64,000 nucleotides of DNA, taken from Ignavibacteriota bacterium (GTDB lineage: Bacteria; Bacteroidota; Ignavibacteria; UBA10030; UBA6906). The DNA lies in the NCBI GenBank assembly GCA_963801355.1, contig CAWDEM010000008.1:416001-480000 (forward strand), read 5' to 3'. A program made the position numbers and the translations under genes. Below the pieces are notes generated by a model, which was not told the DNA's origin, did not search any database, and worked only from the letters and a program-made list of their open reading frames with translations. Position 1 is the stretch's first letter; every line of letters begins with the position of its first letter. Below are positions 62,731-64,000 of the stretch, piece after piece.

Positions 62731-63867
62731 ATGCGCAATCCACTGTACAGCATCACCGCACTGTTCGCGTCGCCTGACGCCCTGGTGCACGCGGTTCAAG
62801 AAACGGTCAAGGCGGGGTACACGCGGTATGATGTCCATTCGCCATACCCCATTCACGGGATCGAACGCAGCATGCGGCTCCGGACTTCGCCGCTGGGGTA
62901 TTTCGCCCTGGCCTTCGGGCTCCTCGGGGCATTCGGCTCCGTCGGGTTGATGACATGGATCACGCTCGTCGACTACCCGCTCGTCATCGGAGGGAAGCCG
63001 TTCTGGTCCTGGCCGGCATTCGTCCCGGTTGCATTTGAACTGACGGTATTGTCGGCATCGGTCCTCACGGTCGTGACTATGATCGTGTTGTACTTCAGAT
63101 TTCCTAATAACAGCCACCCGTTGCATGATACGCCGTACATGAAGCGCGTGTCATCCGATGGATTCGGGATCAGCATACAGGCGGACGATCCGGTGTTTCA
63201 TGAAGCCGCTGTGCGCGCGCACCTCGCGCGGGTGGCGGGGACGGAAATCGCCGCGGTGTATTATGATTCCACGGAGATGGACCACGGGCAGAGGCTCTTT
63301 GATCTCCGGTTCATCGGTCTCCTGATCGGCGTTGCGATCGTCGTCTCGGGGGGCACATACATCGCCTTAAACAAGGTGGCGTTCATGGAACCGTTCAGCT
63401 GGATGATGGAACAGGCGAAGCTGAAGGCCCAGGCGCCGAGCACTTTTTTTGCGGATGGAGCAGGAATGCGCACACCGGTCCCGGGGACCGTCGCGCGGGG
63501 ATTCCTGCCTTACGCGTTCGCGGGAAAGCCCGCCGAGGCGGAGAAAAACCTGGTTAATCCCCTCGCGCCGACAGCTGACGTGCTGGATCGCGGGCGTACC
63601 CGGTATCTGACATTCTGCAGTCCGTGTCATGGCAATTTTGGCCGGGGCGACAGTCGCCTGCGCGGACAATTCCCGAATCCGCCCTCACTGCTGTCGGACA
63701 AAGTGCACAATTGGCCGGACGGGAGCATCTATCATGTGATTACGAACGGGCAGAATATCATGCCTTCGTATTCCGGACAGATCGGCAGAGATGATCGCTG
63801 GGCGATTGTGCACTATGTGCGTGCCCTGGAGCGTGCCCAATCTGCGAAGGAGTCCGATCTGAGATGA
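62731..63867 (+). CDS. Fused alternative complex III ActD (DUF3341) - ActE (monoheme cytochrome c)
   Basis: SPYPIHG...IGGKP...FELTVL, then a TM helix, PVPGTVARG and CSPCHG...MP. Confidence 0.85.
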   Translation: MRNPLYSITALFASPDALVHAVQETVKAGYTRYDVHSPYPIHGIERSMRLRTSPLGYFALAFGLLGAFGSVGLMTWITLVDYPLVIGGKPFWSWPAFVPVAFELTVLSASVLTVVTMIVLYFRFPNNSHPLHDTPYMKRVSSDGFGISIQADDPVFHEAAVRAHLARVAGTEIAAVYYDSTEMDHGQRLFDLRFIGLLIGVAIVVSGGTYIALNKVAFMEPFSWMMEQAKLKAQAPSTFFADGAGMRTPVPGTVARGFLPYAFAGKPAEAEKNLVNPLAPTADVLDRGRTRYLTFCSPCHGNFGRGDSRLRGQFPNPPSLLSDKVHNWPDGSIYHVITNGQNIMPSYSGQIGRDDRWAIVHYVRALERAQSAKESDLR

Positions 63868-64000
63868 CACCTGTGACCCCTGGCATACCGGCGAAGGAAT
63901 CGCCCTTCACTCCAGCTTCCGATCGCCTTGGTGTGACGCTGCTTGCAGCCGGCGTCTTGCTCGTGGTGCTGGCTTTCATGATGGAACCGATGCGCGCAAG
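63864..64000 (+). CDS. actF: Probable start of alternative complex III subunit F (partial)
   Basis: ATGA overlap, open frame with a first TM helix running to the window edge, and operon order. Confidence 0.55.
   Translation, partial: MTPVTPGIPAKESPFTPASDRLGVTLLAAGVLLVVLAFMMEPMRA

Overview
A GC-rich bacterial chromosomal window. The T9SS-type C-terminal sorting domain, bshC and alternative complex III suggest the Ignavibacteria/Bacteroidota-Chlorobi lineage (inference). Most of it is housekeeping or metabolic: secreted peptidase and carbohydrate enzymes, ald, polX, nth, a group 3b [NiFe] hydrogenase operon, purF-ftsY-mutL, ispF, lnt, the rimP-nusA-infB-rbfA-truB-ribF-rpsO-pnp operon, bshC and the start of an actABCDEF operon. 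The standout is an accessory block at about 24.1-32.9 kb. An ECF sigma factor, a membrane anti-sigma and an exported TPR-CHAT (caspase-like) protease converge on a site-2 protease. The site-2 protease lies downstream of a 54-aa secreted precursor carrying two identical 12-aa cores (SGAPTTLNPPRP) that differ only at synonymous sites. Divergent from the precursor are a polytopic membrane protein and a degenerate sigma54-type AAA+ regulator. This looks like a candidate peptide-signalling / regulated-proteolysis system, although its function is inferred. hisC next to the block carries a 1-nt frameshift. No rRNA, tRNA, CRISPR array or mobile element was recognised. Start codons were adjusted by eye and no database searches were run.
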